64,000 nt of DNA, taken from NCBI GenBank assembly GCA_963816145.1, contig CAWFJP010000011.1:256001-320000 (forward strand), given 5' to 3'. Source of the DNA: an uncultured delta proteobacterium (GTDB lineage Bacteria > Desulfobacterota > Binatia > UBA9968). This document shows, in pieces, positions 40,497 to 51,503 of this stretch. Below the pieces are notes generated by a model. The model ran no database searches and was not told the origin of the DNA. It saw only the letters and a list, made by a program, of their open reading frames with translations. The first letter of the stretch is position 1, and each line of letters begins with the position of its first letter. Position numbers and translations under genes: made by a program.

Positions 40497-42212
40497 TCAG
40501 TGGGTATCGAATATTTCTTGGTACTGTTTCATCTTCGTTTCGGTCGCAGCGGTTTCTGCCTGAGTCGGTTTTGCCGGGTCAAGCGCTGGCGGCACGCAGC
40601 CAAACTTTAACAAACACGCCATTAGCAGCAGCCTCGCCTTGGTCGCGGTCAGATTGCTGCCGGCGATCGCCAGCGGATCGCGCGTGGCATCGACAAAGCC
40701 GCCGGCATTGCCGCGGCCAACTTTAACCACCGGCATGCCGCTGAAAGTGGCGCGCTTGAGGGCCGCATCGACCGAGTTGCTCATGGCGCCGAACGGCGCC
40801 GAACCCTCGGCCACGAAGCCGGCGAGCGGTGCCACCCGCAAGTTATTTTCAATGCGCGCGAGAATATCGACTTCGCTACTGGCGTCGCCGGAAGCATCCG
40901 CCGGCAGGTATCGCGCATGCTTGACGATGGTCACCTTGGGAATCGCCGCGGCAAGCAGCGCCCCCGTGGTATCTTTGACCGGCAGGTTGATCGTTCCAAT
41001 CGTTGCACCTTGAACCCTTGAACCTTGAACGCTTGCCGGCAACCCGCTTATATTCACTAGCGAATTGTGCGTATGCCGTTTGATTGGCTTGAATGAAAAC
41101 TGCGGCGCGCCGGGATGACCCATTCTGCCGATGATCCCGCCATGCCCGCCCGTGGGAATGTAACCGCCGGGGCGAGCGTCGGCTTTTTGCACATCGCGCG
41201 CAGTAAAAATCTGCTCGTCGAGAATCGCGACCGCGCCGATGCAGTCCCGGCCCTGCTCATCGGCCCATATCTTCGAAGTGATGTAATCCACTGAATCGAC
41301 GATGTTACGGTCGCCGTCGTTGCCGATGGCGCCGTGTGGACGTTGCGACGAATTACCGACAATCGGTACCGTCGTGTCGATCAACAAATTGAGCCAATAG
41401 GTGGTTTCTTCGACGAATGGACTGCCCTCGAGCCAGATTCCGCCGGAATATTTGCCGCCACCCAAAGCTTGCTGAACCACATTGGTCAAACGCGCCAAAG
41501 CAGCCATGGGCGGCTCTTTGCGCAGATAGCCGGGGCGATAGGGAAAGAAATCGCTGCCACGAGTCTCAGGCGGAACATCGCCTGCGCCAATATCGGTACG
41601 TTCGCTCTCGCGCCGTCCTTTCGCGTAACCGCCCGACGGCAAGGCGCGGTAAAAGTCGAAGTCTGCCTTGGCCGTCAGCAGACAACCGACGCCTTCATCG
41701 GAAATGCCTAAACGATCGATCTCTTCGAATAATCGTGAGCCGTCTGGGAAAAATGGCACGCGGACCCGATCCGCAGAAACATTTTTGTCCGTGCCGTCCA
41801 TCTCCCAAGGCTGGCCGTTGTTTTGGCGCGCCATATAGGGCAACGGATAGAGGCCGTCTTCCGGTTTTAGAATGATCTCGTAAACCGGCTTGTCAGCAGC
41901 ACTGCTGCGATCCTTGTGAAATACTCCAGTCACGTCGAGATAGCCGTCTGGCGGCGCGTATAGTTCAGCGTGGTCCCGTTCCAAAGGGTGAGCGGTGAAC
42001 TGTTCGACATAGACCGTCACGGGTGCCGCCAAGCGCTGCGCCCGCAACACGTCGAAACGCATCGGCGAGCCATCTTTATTGGTGCGAACCGGCAAGCCGT
42101 ACTTCACCCGCGCCTTGTTGCTGGTCACCAACGGCTCGCTGTTTTGGATCGTCGCCGTCGGTCCGGAAAATACCGCGATGCGCGGTTTGGCGTCGCTGCC
42201 TGTGTCAGCCAT
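40497..42212 (-). CDS. Divergent asparaginase/glutaminase-fold protein with a large insertion
   Basis: IAVFSGPTATI (cf. TGGTI), WLEGSPFVEET (cf. HGTDTxEET), SQRP..DG.RN, DVQK, KARLLL. Confidence 0.75.
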   Translation of the reverse strand: MADTGSDAKPRIAVFSGPTATIQNSEPLVTSNKARVKYGLPVRTNKDGSPMRFDVLRAQRLAAPVTVYVEQFTAHPLERDHAELYAPPDGYLDVTGVFHKDRSSAADKPVYEIILKPEDGLYPLPYMARQNNGQPWEMDGTDKNVSADRVRVPFFPDGSRLFEEIDRLGISDEGVGCLLTAKADFDFYRALPSGGYAKGRRESERTDIGAGDVPPETRGSDFFPYRPGYLRKEPPMAALARLTNVVQQALGGGKYSGGIWLEGSPFVEETTYWLNLLIDTTVPIVGNSSQRPHGAIGNDGDRNIVDSVDYITSKIWADEQGRDCIGAVAILDEQIFTARDVQKADARPGGYIPTGGHGGIIGRMGHPGAPQFSFKPIKRHTHNSLVNISGLPASVQGSRVQGATIGTINLPVKDTTGALLAAAIPKVTIVKHARYLPADASGDASSEVDILARIENNLRVAPLAGFVAEGSAPFGAMSNSVDAALKRATFSGMPVVKVGRGNAGGFVDATRDPLAIAGSNLTATKARLLLMACLLKFGCVPPALDPAKPTQAETAATETKMKQYQEIFDTH

Positions 42213-42252
42213 CGTGAACTCGCTGGACTAGATTGAACTCAATCGACGAATT

Positions 42253-42849
42253 TTATTTGAGTTCAAACGGCAGCTGCTTGGGCCCATAACCCTGCCAATA
42301 TTTGTTGGTCGCGGGGTCGTAGCGCCCTTGGAGAAAACCGCCGGCCTTTTCTGCACGTACGATGATCGCTACCGTCCGTTGATCGCCGCTTTCCTCCGCG
42401 TGAATCGCATAGGGCGGAACCAAGTCGATCTTGCCGGCGCTGACTTTGACGTTCACCGACTTGCGCACCTCGGCGTAGTTCGGCTTCGAGCCGTCGTCGA
42501 GTCGCTCGTAACGCTCGATCGATTCGGAACCGTCGAGCACGCCGTAAAGCGTCCAGTTATGCGCGTGATCGTGGATTGCTGTGCGAGTATGTGGCGCCTT
42601 GATCAAACCATTGATGACGAACTTGTAATCGGGATCCTCGTAGAATAGAAGATTCTCAGCACGCTCGCCGCCCTGGGAGCAATCGGGCCAGTATTTTGAC
42701 TGTTCTTTCACTGCCGGATCGGCGATCAACTCCTGGAGGAGCGGCGTCATTTTCTCCCAGCGTTTTGCCGGGTCGGCTTCCTCGGCGTGAAGCATGCGTG
42801 CGGACGCGATAAATTTCTTTACAGCGGACATAAGATCCTCCTTTGGCAT
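42253..42849 (-). CDS. Cysteine-dioxygenase-like cupin (3-His metal site)
   Basis: TAIHDHAHNWTLYGVLDG.E...Y and PYAIHAE. Confidence 0.75.
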   Translation of the reverse strand: MPKEDLMSAVKKFIASARMLHAEEADPAKRWEKMTPLLQELIADPAVKEQSKYWPDCSQGGERAENLLFYEDPDYKFVINGLIKAPHTRTAIHDHAHNWTLYGVLDGSESIERYERLDDGSKPNYAEVRKSVNVKVSAGKIDLVPPYAIHAEESGDQRTVAIIVRAEKAGGFLQGRYDPATNKYWQGYGPKQLPFELK

Positions 42850-42949
42850 AATGCCAATTATGACTAGTTATCGAATTATTAGTCCGATGAGACGCTAGTC
42901 GTCAAGCTGGACTAGAGGATTTCAATTTACCGATTCCAAATTCCAAAAT

Positions 42950-42988
42950 AAAAAAGTCTCCGACAGCGATCAAGCCAGCGGAGCCTTT
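42950..42988 (-). terminator. Probable terminator after ahcY
   Basis: Minus-strand AAAGGCTCCG...CGGAGACTTT stem followed by a T-run. Confidence 0.5.
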
Positions 42989-43010
42989 CGGACCGGTTAG
43001 TAAATCGAAC

Positions 43011-44342
<1,332 letters not shown>

Positions 44343-44350
44343 CTACATTC

Positions 44351-44375
44351 GCAGGGTGCGCCCAGCGCACCCTGC
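44351..44375. repeat. Perfect 11-bp hairpin (REP-like) between metK and ahcY
   Basis: GCAGGGTGCGC-CCA-GCGCACCCTGC. Confidence 0.55.
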
Positions 44376-44437
44376 TCATCTTTTATTGTCGTTGGTGATG
44401 AAAAATGACCGGCTAGCGCCGGTGGTGGAAGCGATCG

Positions 44438-45616
44438 CTAAACCCGCCCAGCAGCTTTCTTGAGATCGGCTGCGCGATCAGTCTTTTCCCAAGTGAACAT
44501 GCCCTCTTCCGGTGCGCGGCCAAAGTGGCCGTAGGCCGCCGTGGCGCGATAAATCGGCCGCTTTAGATCGAGGGTGTGAATGATACCCTTGGGGCTCAAA
44601 TCGAAACTGTCTTGGACGATTTTGGCAATCTTATCTTCGGGAATCTTCGCGGTACCGAAGGTGTCGACCAGAACCGAAACCGGCTGCGCCACGCCGATCA
44701 CATAGGCGAGTTGCACTTCGCATCGTTGAGCCAGTTCCGCGGCGACGATATTCTTAGCGACATAGCGCGCCATGTAGGCCGCGCTACGGTCGACCTTCGA
44801 CGGGTCTTTGCCCGAGAAAGCACCGCCGCCATGCCGGCCCATGCCGCCGTAGGTGTCGACGATAATTTTTCGGCCGGTCAAACCGCAATCGCCTTGCGGG
44901 CCGCCAACAACGAACCGGCCGGTCGGGTTCACATGAAAGACCGTGTCTTCGTCCAGAAATTCGCCAGGTATCACAGCTCTAATGACACCGTCGATTATCG
45001 TCTCGCGTAATTTCGCATACTCGACATCGGCGCTATGTTGTGTCGAAATCACGACGTTTTTGACTTTGACCGGTTTGCCATCGCGATACTCGACGGTGAC
45101 CTGGGATTTACTGTCGGGGCGGAGAAAATAAGCCTCGCCGCCTTTGCGGACTTTGGCTAAATAGTGGACCAAACTATGCGCCATCTGGATCGGGAAAGGC
45201 ATCAATTCCGGAGTCTCATCGCAAGCGTAACCGAACATCATGCCTTGATCGCCGGCGCCCTGCTCCTTGTGCAAGCCTTCGCCCTCGGTGACGCCTTGCG
45301 AGATGTCGGGCGACTGCTGTTCCACCGCCGTGAGAATCGCGCAGGTATTGCCGTCAAAACCCATCGACGAATCCGTGTAACCGATGTCGCGCACGACCTC
45401 GCGCACGATATCGACATAAGGAACCTTGATCTTGCTGGTGATTTCGCCAGCGACGACGACCATGCCAGTCTTGGCTAAACTCTCGCAGGCAACGCGGCTG
45501 TCAGGATCACCGGCAAGGTGGGCATCGAGAATGGCGTCGGACACTTGATCGCAAAGCTTATCCGGATGCCCTTCCGAAACGGACTCCGAGGTAAATAAGA
45601 AATTTTTGCCGGCCAT
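44438..45616 (-). CDS. metK: S-adenosylmethionine synthase
   Basis: [28 protein letters not shown]. Confidence 0.98.
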   Translation of the reverse strand: MAGKNFLFTSESVSEGHPDKLCDQVSDAILDAHLAGDPDSRVACESLAKTGMVVVAGEITSKIKVPYVDIVREVVRDIGYTDSSMGFDGNTCAILTAVEQQSPDISQGVTEGEGLHKEQGAGDQGMMFGYACDETPELMPFPIQMAHSLVHYLAKVRKGGEAYFLRPDSKSQVTVEYRDGKPVKVKNVVISTQHSADVEYAKLRETIIDGVIRAVIPGEFLDEDTVFHVNPTGRFVVGGPQGDCGLTGRKIIVDTYGGMGRHGGGAFSGKDPSKVDRSAAYMARYVAKNIVAAELAQRCEVQLAYVIGVAQPVSVLVDTFGTAKIPEDKIAKIVQDSFDLSPKGIIHTLDLKRPIYRATAAYGHFGRAPEEGMFTWEKTDRAADLKKAAGRV

Positions 45617-45694
45617 CAGTAAAGACCTCCAAGGTTCGAGAAATGCGGGAATTTAATCTGCGCATACTATCGGATCAGGGGTGGGTAATCAACC

Positions 45695-45970
45695 TTATTC
45701 ACTCTCGTTGAAGCGCGCGTCAATGAGCATTTCGAGCGCTTTCACCGCCTTCTCGGCGTCGTCGCCGGTGGCTTCGATTTGAATTTTGCTTCCCCGTGGC
45801 ACTCCCAACGACATCACGCCCAAAATGCTTCGGCCATCGGTGCTTTGACCGTCCGCAGAAAAAATAATCTGAGCGGAGAATTTATTGACGGTTTGCACGA
45901 GCAGCGCCGCTGCGCGCGCATGGACGCCCAGCTTGTTTTTGATTTCAATCTTCTTGACGACTTTACTCAT
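45695..45970 (-). CDS. ptsH: HPr/NPr phosphocarrier
   Basis: NKLGVHARAA (His15) and DGRSILGVM (Ser46). Confidence 0.9.
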   Translation of the reverse strand: MSKVVKKIEIKNKLGVHARAAALLVQTVNKFSAQIIFSADGQSTDGRSILGVMSLGVPRGSKIQIEATGDDAEKAVKALEMLIDARFNESE

Positions 45971-45974
45971 AACC

Positions 45975-46841
45975 TCACTTGTCGATGTCCCGATGCTTGA
46001 TATGGACGCGCAAGCTGCCGCCGCCGAAACGCTTTCGCAGTTCTTCAACCAAGGCCACGGATCGGTGTTGCCCCCCCGTGCAACCGAGCCCTAACGTCAA
46101 ACTGCTTTTGCCCTCGCGTTCGTAGAGCGGTAAAGTGAATTCCAAAAGCGCGTACAGGCGATCGAGAAAAGCGCGAGTTTCCGAATTGCCAAGCACGTAT
46201 TTCTCAACCTCCTGATCAAGTCCGCTCTTGCCGCGCAACTCGCTGACGAAATACGGATTGGGAAGAAAACGCACATCGAAAACGATATCGGTGTCGTGCG
46301 GAATACCGAACTTGTAACCGAATGAGGTTAGAAACAGAGTCATGCGGCGCGCCGAAGGGGCATCGCAAAACTGTTGTTCCATCTCGCGCTTGAGCTGATG
46401 CACATTGAAGTCGCTGGTATCGATCACCTTGTCGGCCAAAGCGCGGATCGACTCCAAGGCTTTGCGTTCCCGCGAGATGCCATCCAAGATAGACCCGCCG
46501 ACAGCGGAGGGGTGAGGCCGCCGAGTTTCACTGAAGCGCCGCAACAGCACATCATCCGACGCGTCAAAGAACAGCACTTGAACATGATGCCCGGCGTCGC
46601 GCATCGCGGTTAGGACCTCGGGCAATGCGCGCAGAAACTGACTGCCACGTAGATCGACGCCCAAAGCGATGCGTATTATGTCTTCCTGGTAGCCTTGGCA
46701 AAGCTCGACGAACTTCGGAATCAACGGCGCCGGCAAATTGTCGATACAAAAAAAACCGTTGTCTTCCAGGGCGCGTATCGCAAAACTCTTACCCGAACCC
46801 GAAAGGCCAGTGATGATAAATATATCTAGGGCGCTGGCCAT
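45975..46841 (-). CDS. rapZ: RNase adapter RapZ (YvcJ)
   Basis: TGLSGSGKS, CIDNLP, ETRRPHP, SFGYKFG, FDVRFLPNP, GCTGGQHRSV. Confidence 0.95.
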   Translation of the reverse strand: MASALDIFIITGLSGSGKSFAIRALEDNGFFCIDNLPAPLIPKFVELCQGYQEDIIRIALGVDLRGSQFLRALPEVLTAMRDAGHHVQVLFFDASDDVLLRRFSETRRPHPSAVGGSILDGISRERKALESIRALADKVIDTSDFNVHQLKREMEQQFCDAPSARRMTLFLTSFGYKFGIPHDTDIVFDVRFLPNPYFVSELRGKSGLDQEVEKYVLGNSETRAFLDRLYALLEFTLPLYEREGKSSLTLGLGCTGGQHRSVALVEELRKRFGGGSLRVHIKHRDIDK

Positions 46842-46851
46842 AGTCGGACGA

Positions 46852-47313
46852 TTAGAACTTGTCGTCCTCGTCGCTAATTAGCGCAAACAACTCCTGTTGG
46901 TTTTTCCCCGTCATTAAGCGCTGGCGAAAAGCTGCGTCCTTTAGCAGCCGCGAAATTCGCGCCAGCGCTTTTAGGTGATCGGCGGCGGCGTTCTCCGGCG
47001 CGATCAATACAAAAAAAAGATGTGTCGGCTCTCCGTCAAGGGAGTTAAAATCTACCCCCGCCTGGCTGCGCGCAAACACGCCGTAGATCTTATCTAAGCC
47101 AGGTAATTTGCCATGGGGAATCGCCACACCGTCACCGATCGCCGTCGAACTGATCCGTTCCCGTTCCTGGAGAACGCCGAGAACTCTTTGTCGGTCCAAG
47201 TGATCGTACTTGGCGGCCAACCCAGCCGCAAGCTCGACCAGCGCTGTGTCCTTTTCGCGGCTGGCGAGATCGGGGATGACGCTGTGAACGCTAACAAAAT
47301 CGATAATCTTCAC
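46852..47313 (-). CDS. ptsN: PTS EIIA(Ntr)
   Basis: RE..STAIGDGVAIPH, DF.SLDG, HLKALARISR; downstream of rpoN. Confidence 0.92.
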   Translation of the reverse strand: MKIIDFVSVHSVIPDLASREKDTALVELAAGLAAKYDHLDRQRVLGVLQERERISSTAIGDGVAIPHGKLPGLDKIYGVFARSQAGVDFNSLDGEPTHLFFVLIAPENAAADHLKALARISRLLKDAAFRQRLMTGKNQQELFALISDEDDKF

Positions 47314-47465
47314 GCGTTTTTCCTTATGCGGTTGAGTTGGGTCTGTTCATCGGGCAGTCGCTCTGACGCACGCTCTTGGCCACTTGTCTGGCATAAAGTC
47401 GGCGCAGTCATGGCGAAACCAAATAGAAATTGGCTGTCCGTCATCGCCCGCGGATCTCCGTTCGA

Positions 47466-48941
47466 CTACTTGCGCACGAAATGGCGCCGCTTGGACGACG
47501 GCAACACACCCATGGCTTCGCGGTATTTGGCCACGGTTCGGCGGGCGATCTCGATGGAGTCGTCGGACAGCATCGCGGCGATATGCTGATCGCTATACGG
47601 CTTGCGGGGATCTTCGGCCGCAACGATCGCACGAATCTTTTCCTTGACGCTTTCGCTGGCGACATCGTCGCCGCCGCGACTCATCAATCCGCTCTGGAAG
47701 AAAAACTTGAGCTCAAATAACCCTTGAGGGGTATGCACGTATTTGTTAGCCGTCGCCCGGCTCACCGTCGACTCATGCATCGAAATGTCTTCAGCGACCT
47801 GGCGCAACACCATGGGTTTTAAATGACTCACGCCATGATCGAGAAACTCTTCCTGAAACTTGAAAATGCTCTGGGTAACCTTCATCAGCGTTGCTTGGCG
47901 CTGTTGAATACTCTTGATCAGCCAAGTGGCAGCCCGGACTTTTTCCTGGAGGTACTGGCGGGCTTGGTCTTCTTCCGCCCCTTCTTGCCCGGCCATACGG
48001 CGATATAACGAACTCACCCGTAGCCGCGGCACGCCATCATCGTTCAGGTAGATCACCCATTCGCCGCTGATTTTCTCGACGAAAACATCAGGCAATACGG
48101 TGCGCACATCGTCTTGCTCGAAGCCGCGAGACGGTTTCGGCTCCAGGGATGCGATCAAGTGCGCGGCATCGACGATCTCATCGACAGTGACACCGAGATC
48201 CTTGGCAAGCTTTTCATAGCGCTTCGATTCGAGATAACTCAAGTGGCCGTCGACGACCCGCGCCGCCAGGCTGTCGATCAGCTTGAGATTTTCCAGCTGT
48301 ACCAGCAAACACTCGCGCAGATCCCGCGCCGCGACCCCCACGGGATCGAAAAACTGGATGCGCTTTAGCACCGTTGCGGCTTCATCAGGAGTGCATTCCA
48401 CCGCATTGCAGATCTCGTCGAGACTCAGGGCCAGATAGCCGTTCTCATTGATGTTCTGGATGATGTAGAAACCGATGTTCGATTCTCGTTCGCTGATCTT
48501 CGACAAGCGCAACTGCCAAATTAGGTGATCTTCGAGGGAAGTTTTTTTCGTTAAACTATTCTCCCACGATGGCGGCGAGTCGCCATCGTCTGACATCGCT
48601 TCGGCCGTCAGCGAGCTATGCACACCGTTGGAATGGCTATCGAGATACTCTTGCCAATCCAGAGTGCCGATCTTGTCCACCGTATTGGGCTCGCGCGGCG
48701 CCACCAATTCGGCGAACTCTTCGGTCGGCTCACTCTTGGTTTCGACGCGCGGTTGCTCGGCGACTTCGGGCTCGTCGCTGGCGCCCTCTTCCAGAACTGG
48801 GTTTTCTAGCAGTTCTTTGAGAACCATTTCTTCAAGCTCGACGCGGGACAGTTGCAATAACTTGATTGCCTGCTGCAGCTGCGGCGTCATAACCAACGTC
48901 TGAGTCAGCTTTTGAACTTGGTGTAGATTTAGACCTGCCAT
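47466..48941 (-). CDS. rpoN: RNA polymerase sigma-54
   Basis: MTPQLQQAIKLLQ, HESTVSR, RpoN box ARRTVAKYR. Confidence 0.98.
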   Translation of the reverse strand: MAGLNLHQVQKLTQTLVMTPQLQQAIKLLQLSRVELEEMVLKELLENPVLEEGASDEPEVAEQPRVETKSEPTEEFAELVAPREPNTVDKIGTLDWQEYLDSHSNGVHSSLTAEAMSDDGDSPPSWENSLTKKTSLEDHLIWQLRLSKISERESNIGFYIIQNINENGYLALSLDEICNAVECTPDEAATVLKRIQFFDPVGVAARDLRECLLVQLENLKLIDSLAARVVDGHLSYLESKRYEKLAKDLGVTVDEIVDAAHLIASLEPKPSRGFEQDDVRTVLPDVFVEKISGEWVIYLNDDGVPRLRVSSLYRRMAGQEGAEEDQARQYLQEKVRAATWLIKSIQQRQATLMKVTQSIFKFQEEFLDHGVSHLKPMVLRQVAEDISMHESTVSRATANKYVHTPQGLFELKFFFQSGLMSRGGDDVASESVKEKIRAIVAAEDPRKPYSDQHIAAMLSDDSIEIARRTVAKYREAMGVLPSSKRRHFVRK

Positions 48942-48943
48942 GG

Positions 48944-49666
48944 TTAGAACTTGAATCCTTCCCCCAAATAAAACTTTCGCGCCCTAGGGCTGGCGGCAAT
49001 CGATTGCGGTGTGCCCTCTTCCAAGATCGTACCCTCGTTGACGATATAGGCCCGGTCACAGATACCCAGTGTCTCTCTAACGTTATGATCGGTAATCAAG
49101 ATGCCGATACCGCTGGTGATGAGATTGCGAATGATTTTTTGAATCTCCGCGACCGCGATCGGGTCGATACCGGTGAAGGGCTCGTCGAGCAAGAGAAAAA
49201 ACGGCGAGAGCACCAATGCTCGGGCAATCTCGACACGCCGCCGTTCGCCGCCGGATAAGGTAAACGCCTTATGGGTCGCAAGATGGCTCACGCCGAGCAT
49301 TTTCATAAGCCCGGCCCCTCGTTCTTTTTGATCAGCACTGCTCAAATCGAGGGTTTGCAGGATCGCCAGTAAGTTTTGCTCTACCGTCAAGCGGCGAAAC
49401 ACCGAGGATTCCTGCGGCAGGTAACTAATTCCGGCCCGGGCGCGCTGATAAATCGGCGCTTGAGTTAGATCGTCTTCGTTCAATAACACATGACCTTCAT
49501 CGGGCTGAACCAGACCAACCATCATATGAAACGTGGTGGTCTTACCAGCGCCATTGGGACCTAATAAACCAACCACTTCACCGCTTTCGACCACCAAGTT
49601 CACTCCATTGACGACACGGCGTCCGCCGTAAGACTTGGCAACCGACAATGCCTTGAGCACACTCAT
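48944..49666 (-). CDS. lptB: LPS export ABC ATPase
   Basis: [41 protein letters not shown]. Confidence 0.96.
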   Translation of the reverse strand: MSVLKALSVAKSYGGRRVVNGVNLVVESGEVVGLLGPNGAGKTTTFHMMVGLVQPDEGHVLLNEDDLTQAPIYQRARAGISYLPQESSVFRRLTVEQNLLAILQTLDLSSADQKERGAGLMKMLGVSHLATHKAFTLSGGERRRVEIARALVLSPFFLLLDEPFTGIDPIAVAEIQKIIRNLITSGIGILITDHNVRETLGICDRAYIVNEGTILEEGTPQSIAASPRARKFYLGEGFKF

Positions 49667-50223
49667 TTCGACTTGGCATCCCCTTGCTCCCGGACCTTTA
49701 ACTCCTCTGGGAATATCGTCGCCGAAACCCTAACCTTACCATCGCTTTCGACCATGGCGCGATCCTGTTCAATAAAATAAACCACCTTCGCACCGCTGAC
49801 TTGATTGTTGCCTTGGCGCATCACCGGGTTACCGGTCAGAGTAACCGTTTTGGCCTTATCATCGAAAACGGCACGATCACCGGTGGCAACACGCGCCCCT
49901 TGGGTTGCATTGACCTTGCCATCTAAGACGATTTGTTTCATTTGCTTCATTTCAGGATCGTAATATGCGGTTAGAACGTCACTACGCATGGTCATATCGG
50001 ACTGCACCGCAACCACCCGGCCTTTGTAAATGATAGTACTCTTCACTTGATCGACTTCCATCCAGTCAGCAGTGATGTAGATCGGATCTTTTTTATTAAA
50101 CTCGAAGGCATTGACGGTCTTTTTGCCTTCCACCGCCGCTGCAGCCGCTACGGCGTGCGCTGATGGAAAAGAAATGGACCAACATACGCCCAAGACGATT
50201 GCCAAGAGGGCTTTCTCTATCAT
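49663..50223 (-). CDS. lptA: LPS transport periplasmic protein (OstA-like)
   Basis: Signal peptide, PIYITAD, LTGNP..QG; lies between lptC and lptB. Confidence 0.88.
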   Translation of the reverse strand: MIEKALLAIVLGVCWSISFPSAHAVAAAAAVEGKKTVNAFEFNKKDPIYITADWMEVDQVKSTIIYKGRVVAVQSDMTMRSDVLTAYYDPEMKQMKQIVLDGKVNATQGARVATGDRAVFDDKAKTVTLTGNPVMRQGNNQVSGAKVVYFIEQDRAMVESDGKVRVSATIFPEELKVREQGDAKSK

Positions 50224-50224
50224 G

Positions 50225-50857
50225 TTATCCCCCTACCCTTGGATTGTTCGATGTCTTGGTTTTCTTGATGGCCAGTTTTTCCGGTTCGATCTTTGTTTTG
50301 ACGTCACGCACCATGCGAATTATTTTTCCTTCTAGCTCGACTTCCATACTCGCTCCCTCGATCGAAATACCCTCACCAACGACCTGAGTTCGGCTCGGCA
50401 ACGAGATCTGGTCCTTGGCAGGGAGATAATTGGCCGACTCCGAAGTCAACACGTACCCCTTCATCTCGACCCGGACCCCGCCTTTGAGTTCCAACCGTTC
50501 GAGCTCCTTCTCATTCAAGAAAATGTGCGCGGTCTCAGCCGAAGTTTCCGCCGCCTCATCTTTTTTATCGTAGTAAAAAAATCGCGGCCGCTTGATCAAC
50601 GCTTCGCGCTTGTCCTTCAGATAATTGGCTTCGTCGCCAAACAGCTCCCAGACCTTGCGGCCGTTTTCGATCTTGGCACGATGAAAATCTTTGATATGCA
50701 ACGTGGATTCAGGTAACGCATCGAGGACAGCAACGGGACTTTTTACGACAACCTTCTTCATCTGCCGCACGACATCGGCAACTTTATATGCCACTCCACC
50801 CAGTGAAAGGAGGATGACAGTGAGGAGGAGGGCTCGTCTGGTCTTACGCATGGTCAA
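50225..50857 (-). CDS. lptC: LPS export protein LptC
   Basis: N-terminal TM anchor, beta-rich body (G.K.WEL...A), conserved position. Confidence 0.8.
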   Translation of the reverse strand: MTMRKTRRALLLTVILLSLGGVAYKVADVVRQMKKVVVKSPVAVLDALPESTLHIKDFHRAKIENGRKVWELFGDEANYLKDKREALIKRPRFFYYDKKDEAAETSAETAHIFLNEKELERLELKGGVRVEMKGYVLTSESANYLPAKDQISLPSRTQVVGEGISIEGASMEVELEGKIIRMVRDVKTKIEPEKLAIKKTKTSNNPRVGG

Positions 50858-50908
50858 ATCAGCAATGTAAACGCAAAAATACCACTCTTAAGAATTTCTG
50901 TAAAGGAT

Positions 50909-50925
50909 TAGGCACGAAATTTGCT
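50909..50925 (+). promoter_or_regulatory. Sigma54 -24/-12 site, antisense to the operon
   Basis: TAGGCACGAAATTTGCT: GG(50911-12)-N10-GC(50923-24) with GGCACG and TTGCT cores. Confidence 0.65.
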
Positions 50926-50965
50926 TTGAAGATTGGTAAGCTTCTGGTGCGATTGAGGATTTCGT

Positions 50966-51493
50966 CTAACGGAGGAGCAAGTTTGCCCACTTATTCTGGG
51001 CTTTGATTATCAGCTCGGCGACTTCACGGACCGCGCCGACTCCGCCCTGCGCGAGGGTAACGTAGTCGGCATACGGCTTGAGCTCTGCCGAACCGTCGCC
51101 AACCATAACCGCCAATCCGACACTGCGCAGCACGGGTAGATCTATGATGTCGTCGCCAACATAGGCAATCTGCTCGTCGGTCAGGCGCGTCTTCTCCTTA
51201 ATTTGCTCATAGATCATCAGCTTGTCCTGAACGCCCTGGAAAACTAGCGAGACCTTCAGATCCTTAGCTCGATGGCGGACAACTTTGGACGAGCGTCCTG
51301 TGATGAACCCCACTTCTATCCCGCTGCGCTTTAAAAATGAAATTCCTTGGCCGTCGCGGACATGAAAGTGCTTGGTTTCGACCCCGCGGTCGTCGATGAT
51401 AATGCGCCCGTCTGTGAGCACACCGTCAACGTCCAATAAAAGCAGTCGAATGTTCGCGGCCTTTTTGCGCACCGAAGCAGGAAGGGTCTTCAC
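50966..51493 (-). CDS. kdsC: KDO-8-phosphate phosphatase
   Basis: LDVDGVLTDG, RDG, ITGR, GDDIID, GAVRE. Confidence 0.95.
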   Translation of the reverse strand: MKTLPASVRKKAANIRLLLLDVDGVLTDGRIIIDDRGVETKHFHVRDGQGISFLKRSGIEVGFITGRSSKVVRHRAKDLKVSLVFQGVQDKLMIYEQIKEKTRLTDEQIAYVGDDIIDLPVLRSVGLAVMVGDGSAELKPYADYVTLAQGGVGAVREVAELIIKAQNKWANLLLR

Positions 51494-51503
51494 GGCGCGC
51501 GTA

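Noticed and set aside
45617-45694. SAM/SAH riboswitch upstream of metK
   Set aside because: The gap is only 78 bp and contains no recognisable conserved core.
47389-47403. Sigma54 site between rpoN and ptsN
   Set aside because: GG-N10-GC spacing holds but the -12 element is CGGC rather than TTGC; likely chance in GC-rich DNA.
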